A stretch of DNA of 64,000 bases from Candidatus Sumerlaeaceae bacterium (GTDB lineage Bacteria; Sumerlaeota; Sumerlaeia; Sumerlaeales; Sumerlaeaceae), in contig JBMFRB010000001.1 of assembly GCA_049968255.1 (NCBI GenBank), positions 429,495 to 493,494 on the forward strand. Reading direction: 5' to 3'. Numbering within the stretch: position 1 is the first letter of the stretch; each line of letters begins with the position of its first letter. The notes beneath the pieces are model-generated. The model saw only the letters and a list, made by a program, of their open reading frames with translations. It did not search any database and was not told the origin of the DNA. Of the stretch, positions 9,980 to 19,096 are shown piece after piece. The translations under genes and the position numbers were made by a program.

Positions 9980-10294
9980 ATGACTCAACTTGAGATTACA
10001 TCGGTGAACGTCCGTCCGTACGAATCGGAGGACGAGAAGCTCAAAGCTTTTGCTTCAATTGTCTTCAATAATTGTTTTATTGTAAAAGATTTGAAGGTAA
10101 TTGAGGGCACGAATGGCCGTTTTGTTGCGATGCCGAGCCGGCGCGGAAAGGATGGAGTTTTTCGCGACATCGCTCATCCGCTTAATCAGGAAACGCGAGA
10201 CATGATCGAGCGCATGGTCCTTGAGGCCTACGAGCGGGAGGCAAGTCGTGGGTTTCAGGGGTCCCGCCGGGCCAGCGACGGTCTTGACGATTAG
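9980..10294 (+). CDS. spoVG: SpoVG family nucleic-acid-binding protein
   Basis: KLKAFASIVF...KVIEG.NG.FVAMPSR...FRDIAHPLN..TR. Confidence 0.93.
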   Translation: MTQLEITSVNVRPYESEDEKLKAFASIVFNNCFIVKDLKVIEGTNGRFVAMPSRRGKDGVFRDIAHPLNQETRDMIERMVLEAYEREASRGFQGSRRASDGLDD

Positions 10295-10313
10295 GCGCGG
10301 CCTCTACTCGCCG

Positions 10314-12476
10314 TCACTCAAACAGACGAGAATCTTTTTTCGGTTCGGGGTACGGGATCATTTTGGGGGCAATTTCTACACCGCTCGCCCCTGCACCCCC
10401 TTCCACTTCAAGGGGAAGAACGCGGCGGTGAAGAGCCTCCTTGCCAGAGGCTTTGAAGGTAAACGTATGATAAAGGGCGATGGCGCGCGCTTCTAGCCAT
10501 TGCCGCTGCGCCTTGGGGACTTCGCGTATCTCGAATGCTTTTTGATCAGCAAGGCGATAGGAAAAATGGCTGAGATCAGGGGCGAAAGCGATGCCCTCTT
10601 GGGCCAGTTCGCCGTTGCGCTTGTTGCCATCCACCCACTCAGGATGTAGACCGAGTGCTGCGACAAGTTCTTTGTCTTCTGCAAGCATTTTAGGGCTCAG
10701 GACAATAGAACCCGCCGCGAGGGTAGGGTGGAGTTTGTCTAATTCTTTGCGGGCAGTTTTAGCAACTTTAACCTCGGGATATTCTGCAAGCAGCTGTTCA
10801 AGCAACCGCTTTCGTGTCACCAAATCTGCGGCCTGTGCTGCGGAGGCATAAAGCTGACGCGCTTCGTTCTCCCGAACTTTTGCAAGCCGAGCCGGATCTT
10901 CGTCGCCAGCCATTTGCAAGTAAGTGCGAGTTCTGACTGGATCGCCACTCTTTGAGCTCAGGTCGGCAATTTCCTTGGCGATTTCGGCTGAACGCGGCGA
11001 GCCCGGGTAGCGACGAATGTAGGCCGCGCCCGCATCAACGACAGAATCTATAGCCACAACGGTATGAAAGTGCTCGGCAACACCGCGGACGAGCATGTCG
11101 GTGACAAAGAGGGCAGGCACTGTGGCCGGGCTCTGACCTATACTTTGCACCGCTGCGGAGCCAGCGGCATAGAGTGTATCGTCCGTCTTGCGTTTGCCTG
11201 TGACGATAAATTTTTTCCTTTCTTCACGGAGCTGCGCGACGGCTTTATCAAAGGCTGTGTCGAGATTGTATGACGGCGTGTCGAGCAGGCCAGCAGCTGC
11301 GCGTCCTCCAGGCGTTGCTGGTGCAGACTCGGCAATGGAGTGCAAGAGTTCGACAGCGGCATCGTGATCCCCGTTTTGTTCGAGAAGGGCCGCGCGAGCA
11401 TAGCCCGCACTATCGGCCAGGCGCCCGCCGTTTTGCTCGACTTGCTTGAGCGTGGCCGCGTTGCCCGCACAAAGCGCACGTACTGCCTGTTCGAGCGCAT
11501 GCTGTTCCTCGGTCGAGAGCTGATCTTCCCAGTTGCTCACACTCACGGCTTGAAACGTTTCCTCTTCGCTCTCGCGTTGAGCCTTGCGTGCCTCATCGAG
11601 CAGCTGGAGGGCCTGCGTGTTGGTAGTTTCGAAAAAGGCGGCGGTTTCCAAATGAAAGATAGCGGCGCGGTAGTTTCCGGTCTGCATGGCCGCCCGACCA
11701 GCAAGAATCTCCTGTTCCACACGGTCGCGTCGGAGCTTTTCCGAGAGCTGGCGCAAGAGTTCTTCGACCTCGGGTCTTTCCGGCGCCTCCGGGTATTCGT
11801 CGAGAAAACGCCGGGCTAGATAGATCATTCGGCGCTCACGCTCGTTAGTGGTGCGTGCCTTGCGCATCGAATAAGCGGCATCGAGCAGAAGTTGCACGGC
11901 ATCCTGAGGCTGGAACAATGCTAGCTTGGAGAGGCTAGAGGAAGCGCGGTTGAAAACACGGGTGAAACGATTGTAGCGGTTCTCGCCTTTGAGCTGATTT
12001 AGCTCATAATATTCATCATCAAGGAGTGCCTGCATCAAGCGCAAGCGTAGTTCCTCATGGCGAAACTCCTTTGCAGCTTCCTGGCTTGCGCGCAGAAACG
12101 CCTCGCGATTATTTAGCGACATGATAAAGAGATAATGGATGGCACTACTGAGCGTTAGCTCGTTAGCTCTCACCCCTCGTTCCCGCTCCTTAGCCGCCTC
12201 ATGGCGATAGAGTTCAACAAGGCTCTGACGGTCATTGACAAGCACGGCGCCAACGGCCGCGCGGGCAACGTCGTCCCAGGTTTGAGCCTGGGCACGGGCG
12301 GTGTTCACCACTGTGGTCGTTTCATTGCTGCGCGAGGGCGTGGTGGCCAACAGGTTGGAAAAGCAAAAGACTGCGACCAACATCGTGGTCGACAGAGGTA
12401 GGCCAGTTGTTCTCCGTCTCCGCACACCAAATGAGTACGGCTGCGGTGAACTGGCATTCGGTTGAGCTAGCGGCAA
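10314..12476 (-). CDS. Large probably exported helical-repeat hypothetical protein
   Basis: 720-aa ORF with a hydrophobic N-terminal segment and TPR-like helices with repeated F/Y-L/I-xx-YP motifs. True start uncertain. Confidence 0.65.
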   Translation of the reverse strand: MPLAQPNASSPQPYSFGVRRRRTTGLPLSTTMLVAVFCFSNLLATTPSRSNETTTVVNTARAQAQTWDDVARAAVGAVLVNDRQSLVELYRHEAAKERERGVRANELTLSSAIHYLFIMSLNNREAFLRASQEAAKEFRHEELRLRLMQALLDDEYYELNQLKGENRYNRFTRVFNRASSSLSKLALFQPQDAVQLLLDAAYSMRKARTTNERERRMIYLARRFLDEYPEAPERPEVEELLRQLSEKLRRDRVEQEILAGRAAMQTGNYRAAIFHLETAAFFETTNTQALQLLDEARKAQRESEEETFQAVSVSNWEDQLSTEEQHALEQAVRALCAGNAATLKQVEQNGGRLADSAGYARAALLEQNGDHDAAVELLHSIAESAPATPGGRAAAGLLDTPSYNLDTAFDKAVAQLREERKKFIVTGKRKTDDTLYAAGSAAVQSIGQSPATVPALFVTDMLVRGVAEHFHTVVAIDSVVDAGAAYIRRYPGSPRSAEIAKEIADLSSKSGDPVRTRTYLQMAGDEDPARLAKVRENEARQLYASAAQAADLVTRKRLLEQLLAEYPEVKVAKTARKELDKLHPTLAAGSIVLSPKMLAEDKELVAALGLHPEWVDGNKRNGELAQEGIAFAPDLSHFSYRLADQKAFEIREVPKAQRQWLEARAIALYHTFTFKASGKEALHRRVLPLEVEGGAGASGVEIAPKMIPYPEPKKDSRLFE

Positions 12477-12598
12477 GCGCAGAAGAATGAGGCGGCGATC
12501 AACGCTGGTAACAATCGTCGCTCTTTCTCACCGATGATTCGTGCGGGCATTCAGTAGAAAGCCAAGAGTGCATCGAGATATGCCAAGGCGGTGAAGCG

Positions 12599-13933
12599 AT
12601 GAGCTGGCAACAGCGGTTGAAAGCGGTCGTAACGGGTGCGCTGGTTGTCACCCAGCTAATACTGGTGCTGCAGGTATGTGGGCAGATCCCATCAACGAAG
12701 AAGAAAAGTGCGCCCACCCCGATTTCTCAGGCACGTCAGGACCTTGGCGCCATTCGGCCAAGCAATCTTACTCTTCCCCTGTTTGCTGTGTCTGAGTTTG
12801 CCGGTGCGGAAGGGGTGGGAGAAATTGTGACGCGCGACCTTGCACTGGCTGACGTCGCTTCCGCGGCCGAGCATTCGGCTGCCTTAGAGGAAGCACGCCA
12901 AAAGGACCGACAAAGCGGCTCAGTGGTGTTAGAAGGCTGGACGGCCGCCGGCATCCATTATGTGCTGCGGGGCGAACTCAAGGGCGCAACAGCTGCAGCT
13001 GAGCTATACGACGTAGCTTCAAGCCAGCGACTTTTGGGGAAAATCTATTCTGGCCTTCGTGCGGGCGATGAGCGTCGCGTGGCGCATCAAATTGCCGACG
13101 ATATCATCACAGCACTCACGAACCGGCCTGGCATTTTTTCGTCGTATATTTGTGCGCTTGTCGATACCGGAGGCGGAAACAAAGAGGTCGTGGTGATGGA
13201 CGCCGATGGTGGCAACATGCGCCAACTTACGAATGAAGGGGCGTTGCTGTCTACTCCCGCGTGGGGAAAAAACGGAGCAGAAATTTATTTTACTTCTTAT
13301 CGCGATAACAACCCAGATCTTGTTGGCATCACGCTGCGCGGCCAACGTTTCGAGATCAGCCGTCGTCCAGGTCTCAATACTTCGCCCTCATGGAGCGAAG
13401 CTCTCCAACGACTCGCTGTGACGCTTTCAAAAGACGGAAACAGTGAGATCTACACCATGACCCGCGATGGCCGCGACCCAGTTCGTTTGACCGAGAATTC
13501 TGACGCAGACACGGCGCCAGACTGGAGTCCTGATGGAACACAAATCGTTTTTACCTCAGACCGCACTGGTACGCCACAGATCTACGTAATGGGTGCTGAC
13601 GGTTCTTCGCCCACACGCATCAGCACAGGCAAATACTGCGATTCTCCGGTGTGGAGCCCAGACGGATCTAAGATTGCGTATGTCGTGCGGGAAGGTGGGG
13701 AGTTTAACATCTATGTGCACGAACTCGCGTCAGGTGAGCTGACACGAGTCACAGGCGGGCAAGGCGCCAACCGTGATCCTAGTTGGGCGCCAGATTCTCG
13801 GCATATTGTCTTTGAGTCCGATCGAGGCGGAAGGCGCGGCCTCTACATTATGGACATTGCCGTGCGAGTAGCGCATCCCCTAGCGCTTGGCGCCTATTCT
13901 GCACCAGCGTGGGGCCCACCGTTTGCACGCTGA
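12599..13933 (+). CDS. tolB: TolB-like beta-propeller protein
   Basis: TolB N-domain ending AHQIADDI...PGIF, followed by PD40 repeats (PDWSPDG, PVWSPDG, PSWAPD). Confidence 0.85.
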   Translation: MSWQQRLKAVVTGALVVTQLILVLQVCGQIPSTKKKSAPTPISQARQDLGAIRPSNLTLPLFAVSEFAGAEGVGEIVTRDLALADVASAAEHSAALEEARQKDRQSGSVVLEGWTAAGIHYVLRGELKGATAAAELYDVASSQRLLGKIYSGLRAGDERRVAHQIADDIITALTNRPGIFSSYICALVDTGGGNKEVVVMDADGGNMRQLTNEGALLSTPAWGKNGAEIYFTSYRDNNPDLVGITLRGQRFEISRRPGLNTSPSWSEALQRLAVTLSKDGNSEIYTMTRDGRDPVRLTENSDADTAPDWSPDGTQIVFTSDRTGTPQIYVMGADGSSPTRISTGKYCDSPVWSPDGSKIAYVVREGGEFNIYVHELASGELTRVTGGQGANRDPSWAPDSRHIVFESDRGGRRGLYIMDIAVRVAHPLALGAYSAPAWGPPFAR

Positions 13934-14071
13934 GTTCTGGTCGACATGCATGAGAGCAAGGTAGAAGCCGTATATTTGGCGGCCATGCAGGTCGGCGTGC
14001 CTAGGCAACGGTAGTCTATCCAGCACTATCTTTTCGAAAACTCTGAATGCTGCGGAGTTTCGGATCACGGC

Positions 14072-14096
14072 GCCGCATCCCGTGCGGTTTTCTCTT
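14072..14096 (+). terminator. Candidate intrinsic terminator after tolB
   Basis: GCCGCA-TCCCG-TGCGGT stem followed by TTTCTCTT. Confidence 0.4.
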
Positions 14097-14177
14097 CACT
14101 GGCGTCCGCGGCTTGCCAAGAATAGGCAATAGCGTACACACTTTGTACCAGTGCACAAATAAGGAGTTGGGAAACGG

Positions 14178-16925
14178 ATGAGTCAGAATAACATCGCAGA
14201 GAAAGCGCGCACGTGGCTAAGAATGCCGGCGGGGGATTATGAGATCTGGTCGCTTCAGCGGGTGGCTTCGGCCGAAAAACTCGCGCGGCTTCCGGTTTCA
14301 TTGCGCGTGCTGTTGGAAAACGTTTTGCGGACCGACGATGGGACAGAAGAAAGTGCGCAGGCTATCGAGGCCATTTTGAATTGGGACCCGCAACGGGAAC
14401 CTGAGACGGAAATAGGTTTCACCGTAGGGCGCGTTCTGCTGCAGGATTTTACTGGCGTGGCCTGCGTGGCCGATCTCGCAGCAATGCGTGACGCGGTGGT
14501 TCGGTTCGGAAAAGACCCGGCTGCCATCGATCCACTTCAGCCGGTGGAACTCGTCATTGATCACTCGGTGCAAGTGGATGCATTTGGTTCGCCCGAAGCA
14601 CTGCGAATCAATGCACAACGAGAATACGAGCGCAACCGTGAACGCTACATGTTTCTGAAATGGGGTTCACGCGCCTTCCGGCGCCTCCGTGTTGTGCCGC
14701 CAGACACCGGAATTGTGCATCAGGTGAACATCGAGTTTCTCGCGCGAGTCGTGATGACAGAAGAGAAAGAAGGAAAGACCCGCGCTTTTTTTGATACGCT
14801 CGTGGGAACGGATTCACACACGACGATGGTCAATGCCCTGGGCGTGCTCGGCTGGGGTGTGGGCGGCATTGAAGCGGAAGCGGCCATGCTGGGTCAACCG
14901 ATTGCCATGCTCGTTCCTCAGGTGGTAGGAGTAAGGCTTGTGGGCAAAATGCAGGCTGGCACAACCGCGACAGATCTGGTCCTCACCCTGACTCAACGCT
15001 TGCGCCAGCTCGGGGTAGTTGGCAAATTCGTCGAATTCTTTGGGCCCGGCTTGGCCTCGCTCAGTGTGGCAGACCGCGCAACGCTCGCCAACATGGCGCC
15101 CGAATACGGAGCAACCGTTGGATTCTTCCCCGTGGATGATAAAACGTTGGACTATCTACGCTTTACTGGTCGCGACGAAAAACAGATTGCGCTGGTGGAA
15201 GCTTATTGGAAAGAGCAGGGACTGTTCCGCCACGCAAACTTTCAAGATCCAGAATACTCGACAACACTTGAGGTTGACCTTGGCACCATCGAGCCGACTT
15301 TAGCTGGCCCACGTCGCCCTCATGACCGCGTGGCTCTGAGTGACGCAAAGGCAAGTTGGCGACGCGCGCTAGTGGAAAACCTTGTGGCAAAGAACAAAAT
15401 TTCTCAGCAAGAAGGATCAGCTTTTCTTGAGGGGAAAGAGCCTGCCGCGGACAGCGCATTGAAGCGGAGCCTTCACGTTGCCCACAGTGAACGTCCGTTC
15501 GAGATGAAACATGGGAACGTCGTCATCGCTGCGATTACCAGCTGCACGAACACCTCTAACCCGAGTGTGCTCGTGGCAGCCGGATTGCTCTCAAAGAAGG
15601 CCGTGGAGCGAGGGCTACGCACCCAGCCCTGGGTGAAAACAAGTCTGGCTCCAGGTTCCCAGGTTGTATCGGAGTATTTACGCCAGTCCGGATTGCTTGA
15701 ACCCCTCGAAAAGCTACGCTTCCACGTGGTGGGTTATGGTTGCACGACGTGTATTGGTAACAGTGGGCCGCTCCCCGAGCCAGTGGCCAAGGCCATCACA
15801 GATGGCGAACTTGTCGTTGCAGCTGTTCTTTCCGGCAACCGGAATTTTGAGGGACGGATCCATCCGCTTGTCCGCGCAAATTACCTTGCCTCGCCGCCAC
15901 TCGTCGTCGCGTACGCACTTGCAGGAACAATGGACATTGATCTGGCCAACGAGCCCCTTGGCACGGACGCGCATGGCAAGCCGGTCTACCTGCGCGAGAT
16001 CTGGCCTTCGCCAGAAGAGATCAGGCAGGTCATGGAATCGAGCATTCGCTCGGAAATGTTCCGCAACGTCTATGCCAACGTCTTCGAGGGCGACGAGAAT
16101 TGGCGCGCTATTCCGTCCCCCACGGGTGTTCGTTACGAATGGGATCCGCAGTCCACGTATATCAAGGCGCCACCCTTCTTTGAAGGGTTCGGACTTGAAT
16201 CGCCACTCCTGCGCGACATCAGAGGCGCACGGGCATTGGCTGTGCTGGGGCACAGCGTAACAACCGACCACATCTCGCCGGCGGGGTCGATTTCGCCGAA
16301 TTCGCCAGCCGGCCAATACCTCATGTCGCTTGGTATCGAGCCGAAAGATTTCAATTCTTACGGCGCACGGCGTGGCAATCACGAAGTGATGATTCGCGGC
16401 ACTTTTGCGAACATTCGACTGCGCAACGAGCTTGTGCCTGGTGTGGAAGGCGGCTACACCGTGCACTTGCCTGATCGCGAGCAAATGACGATTTACGACG
16501 CTGCGATGCGTTATCGGGCGGAAGGCGTGCCGCTGGTAGTGATCGCCGGTCAGGAATACGGCAGCGGCTCATCGCGCGACTGGGCAGCAAAAGGCACAGC
16601 GCTGCTTGGCGTACGGGCCGTCATTGCGGAAAGTTTCGAGCGTATCCACCGCAGCAACCTCGTCGGCATGGGGGTCCTCCCGCTGCAATTTCGTCCAGGC
16701 GAAACTCGCCAGTCTTTGGGAATCACTGGCTTTGAGACTTTTGATATCGTCGGCATCGCCCAAACACTCGCCCCAAAGAGCGAGGCCACAGTGATCGCGC
16801 GTCGCGACGATGGAAGCCGCGTGGAGTTCCGTGTGCACGTACGCATAGACACGGCGAAGGAGCTCGATTACTATCGGCACGGCGGAATCCTGCAGTTTGT
16901 TCTGCGTCAATTGCTCGTAAATTAG
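14178..16925 (+). CDS. acnA: Aconitate hydratase A
   Basis: LQDFTGV, DHSVQVD, GTDSHT, AITSCTNTSNP, GYGCTTCIGNSG, TTDHISPAG, YGSGSSRDWAAKG. Confidence 0.97.
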   Translation: MSQNNIAEKARTWLRMPAGDYEIWSLQRVASAEKLARLPVSLRVLLENVLRTDDGTEESAQAIEAILNWDPQREPETEIGFTVGRVLLQDFTGVACVADLAAMRDAVVRFGKDPAAIDPLQPVELVIDHSVQVDAFGSPEALRINAQREYERNRERYMFLKWGSRAFRRLRVVPPDTGIVHQVNIEFLARVVMTEEKEGKTRAFFDTLVGTDSHTTMVNALGVLGWGVGGIEAEAAMLGQPIAMLVPQVVGVRLVGKMQAGTTATDLVLTLTQRLRQLGVVGKFVEFFGPGLASLSVADRATLANMAPEYGATVGFFPVDDKTLDYLRFTGRDEKQIALVEAYWKEQGLFRHANFQDPEYSTTLEVDLGTIEPTLAGPRRPHDRVALSDAKASWRRALVENLVAKNKISQQEGSAFLEGKEPAADSALKRSLHVAHSERPFEMKHGNVVIAAITSCTNTSNPSVLVAAGLLSKKAVERGLRTQPWVKTSLAPGSQVVSEYLRQSGLLEPLEKLRFHVVGYGCTTCIGNSGPLPEPVAKAITDGELVVAAVLSGNRNFEGRIHPLVRANYLASPPLVVAYALAGTMDIDLANEPLGTDAHGKPVYLREIWPSPEEIRQVMESSIRSEMFRNVYANVFEGDENWRAIPSPTGVRYEWDPQSTYIKAPPFFEGFGLESPLLRDIRGARALAVLGHSVTTDHISPAGSISPNSPAGQYLMSLGIEPKDFNSYGARRGNHEVMIRGTFANIRLRNELVPGVEGGYTVHLPDREQMTIYDAAMRYRAEGVPLVVIAGQEYGSGSSRDWAAKGTALLGVRAVIAESFERIHRSNLVGMGVLPLQFRPGETRQSLGITGFETFDIVGIAQTLAPKSEATVIARRDDGSRVEFRVHVRIDTAKELDYYRHGGILQFVLRQLLVN

Positions 16926-16958
16926 CCTCCGTTCTGCCCGTTTGCTGAAGACGAGATG

Positions 16959-17001
16959 GGGGCGAGAATATTTGGTGAACGCATTCTCGCCCCTTGACTT
17001 T
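16959..17001 (+). terminator. Candidate terminator hairpin after acnA
   Basis: Perfect 11-bp inverted repeat GGGGCGAGAAT (16959-16969) / ATTCTCGCCCC (16983-16993), followed by TTGACTTT. Confidence 0.5.
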
Positions 17002-17060
17002 AGACGTGGGCCAACTGTCGGAATCGGCTGGTCTCATTGAATTTCTCGCAAGGAGGAAAC

Positions 17061-17984
17061 GTGGTGAACGTTGTGAGCGATTCTGTAGATCTGCGCACGC
17101 TTCCCCTGGAAAAGCTCATCGAGCGCTCCCAGGTACTGGTCGAGGCACTCCCCTACATCCATCAGTTTCGCGGAGCCACAATCGTGGTGAAATATGGAGG
17201 CCACGCTATGGTGGATCCCGTGCTGAAGGCGAGTATCATTCAGGATCTGGCACTCATGGCAATCGTGGGCATGCGACCGGTCGTAGTCCACGGAGGTGGG
17301 CCCGAAATTTCCGCGTTGATGAAAAAGCTCGGGCTTCAGCCGCAATTCGTGGCTGGTCAGCGAGTGACCGATGCAGAGACGCTCGACGTGGCAGAAATGG
17401 TGCTCGCTGGCAAAATCAACAGTGAAATCACGCTTGCTCTCAACCGCGCAGGCGTACGGGCCTGTGGCCTGACGGGCAAGGACATGGGACTCATCTTGGC
17501 GAGGAAACTTTATCACGAGCCCCCCGAGGGTGGACCTAAAGTTGATATTGGTTTCGTTGGCGACGTCGTCCGCATAGATCCCACAATCATCCGCATTCTT
17601 CAGGAAAACGATATTATTCCTGTCATATCGCCGATAGGGGTGGATGAAGACGGCCAGACCTACAACATCAATGCCGACACTGTGGCCAGCGACGTCGCAG
17701 CGGCACTGCGTGCAGATAAATTTATCTTGCTCACGGACGTGCGGGGCATTCTCCGCGATCGACAAGATGAGTCTACTCTCATTCACTCTTTGCGGCAGGA
17801 GGAGATCGAGCCCCTCATCGAGCAAGGAGTCATCCATGGCGGAATGATTCCGAAAGTGCGAGCATGCCTCGACGCATTGCGTGCGGGCGTGAAGAAAACC
17901 CACATTCTCGACGGACGCTTGCCGCACTCCTTGCTGCTCGAAATCTTCACAGACCGAGGAATCGGCACACAGATTGTCCCCTAG
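17061..17984 (+). CDS. argB: Acetylglutamate kinase
   Basis: EALPYI..F.G.TIVVKYGG, VVHGGGP, G.RVTD, YNINAD, GGMIPKV; GTG start after AGGAGG. Confidence 0.96.
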   Translation: MVNVVSDSVDLRTLPLEKLIERSQVLVEALPYIHQFRGATIVVKYGGHAMVDPVLKASIIQDLALMAIVGMRPVVVHGGGPEISALMKKLGLQPQFVAGQRVTDAETLDVAEMVLAGKINSEITLALNRAGVRACGLTGKDMGLILARKLYHEPPEGGPKVDIGFVGDVVRIDPTIIRILQENDIIPVISPIGVDEDGQTYNINADTVASDVAAALRADKFILLTDVRGILRDRQDESTLIHSLRQEEIEPLIEQGVIHGGMIPKVRACLDALRAGVKKTHILDGRLPHSLLLEIFTDRGIGTQIVP

Positions 17985-18020
17985 CAAGAAATCTGTTGGG
18001 ACGCGAAAAAATAGTCGAAT

Positions 18021-19001
18021 TTACAGCTCGCCCTCGCGTCGGAGAATCTCCATGTAGCTGAGCCGTTTCTTTGGACAGATGAAATCGGGATGCTGCGTCA
18101 CGGTGTGGATTTTGCGGCGTAGCTGTTCGGGTGTGAATGGTTTCTCGAGATAGTCCGAGGCCCCAAGTGTAAACGCTTTGGCAATGGCTTCGTGATCAGT
18201 CCGCGACGAGACAAAAATGATTTTGCTCCCGCGCAGGCGTCGGTTGATGCGAATGAGATGCGAAAGATGAAAGCCATTGAGCTTGGGCATCACGATATCG
18301 AGCAGTAGAATGTCCGGCTGATAAGCCACTATTTTTTCTGGCGCGAGTTCTGAATCGGAAATCCCAATGATTTCGTAATCTTCTCGCAAAATGGATTTCA
18401 CATAGTTGACCACATCCACGTCGTCATCAATAATCATTACCCGAACGCGACGTGACGTTGACGGCGTAAGAGGCCGGTGTGGTTGGCTCACGGGCTCTTC
18501 CTCGCCGCGTGCGGGCGTGGGCTTCTCCTCACCCTCTTCACGAGCCCCCATCACGCATTCGCGGTACGGACTATTAGCAACTAGCTCATCGAGCGAGAAG
18601 CGCTTCTGACGAGGCACGATGCAATGCTGCTTCACCATCTGACCAACAAGCTCTAGAAGATCCTGTGGATCGAAAGGCTTCTGGAGGTAGTAATCGCCGC
18701 CAGCACCCATCGCCTCACGCACCGCCTCGTTGTCAGAGCGTCCGGTCAGAAAGACAACCGGCACGTGTGCGAACCTCGCATCTTTCTTGATGGCACGGAC
18801 AGCATCAATGCCCGTGAGCACCGGCATCATCACATCCATGACAATGAAATCGGGTTCGTAGCGATCTATGCGCTCGAGGGCCTCGACGCCGCTCGCGCAC
18901 GTGATCACCTCGAAGTGTTTGCTCAGAGCGTGACTGACAATAAGCCGGACGTCGGGATCATCATCGACGACAAGAACGCGAATGTGCGGAGCTGATGTCA
19001 T
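18021..19001 (-). CDS. Response regulator with two receiver domains and no output domain
   Basis: VLVVDDD...MDVMMP...KPF and IIDDD...LDIVMP...KPF, joined by an acidic/Pro-rich linker. Confidence 0.88.
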   Translation of the reverse strand: MTSAPHIRVLVVDDDPDVRLIVSHALSKHFEVITCASGVEALERIDRYEPDFIVMDVMMPVLTGIDAVRAIKKDARFAHVPVVFLTGRSDNEAVREAMGAGGDYYLQKPFDPQDLLELVGQMVKQHCIVPRQKRFSLDELVANSPYRECVMGAREEGEEKPTPARGEEEPVSQPHRPLTPSTSRRVRVMIIDDDVDVVNYVKSILREDYEIIGISDSELAPEKIVAYQPDILLLDIVMPKLNGFHLSHLIRINRRLRGSKIIFVSSRTDHEAIAKAFTLGASDYLEKPFTPEQLRRKIHTVTQHPDFICPKKRLSYMEILRREGEL

Positions 19002-19096
19002 TTCGCTCCCTCTACTGCGCACAGAGGAGACCCTGCGTCAAGGGTGGAGGTAGAGGAAACGTGTGGCTGGCCATCTCATGAGGCCCGCAATGAGGA

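Noticed and set aside
17034-17987. Long antisense ORFs (also 37118-38119, 51287-52099, 15714-16484)
   Set aside because: Shadows of well-supported genes on the other strand, with no motifs; expected at this GC content.
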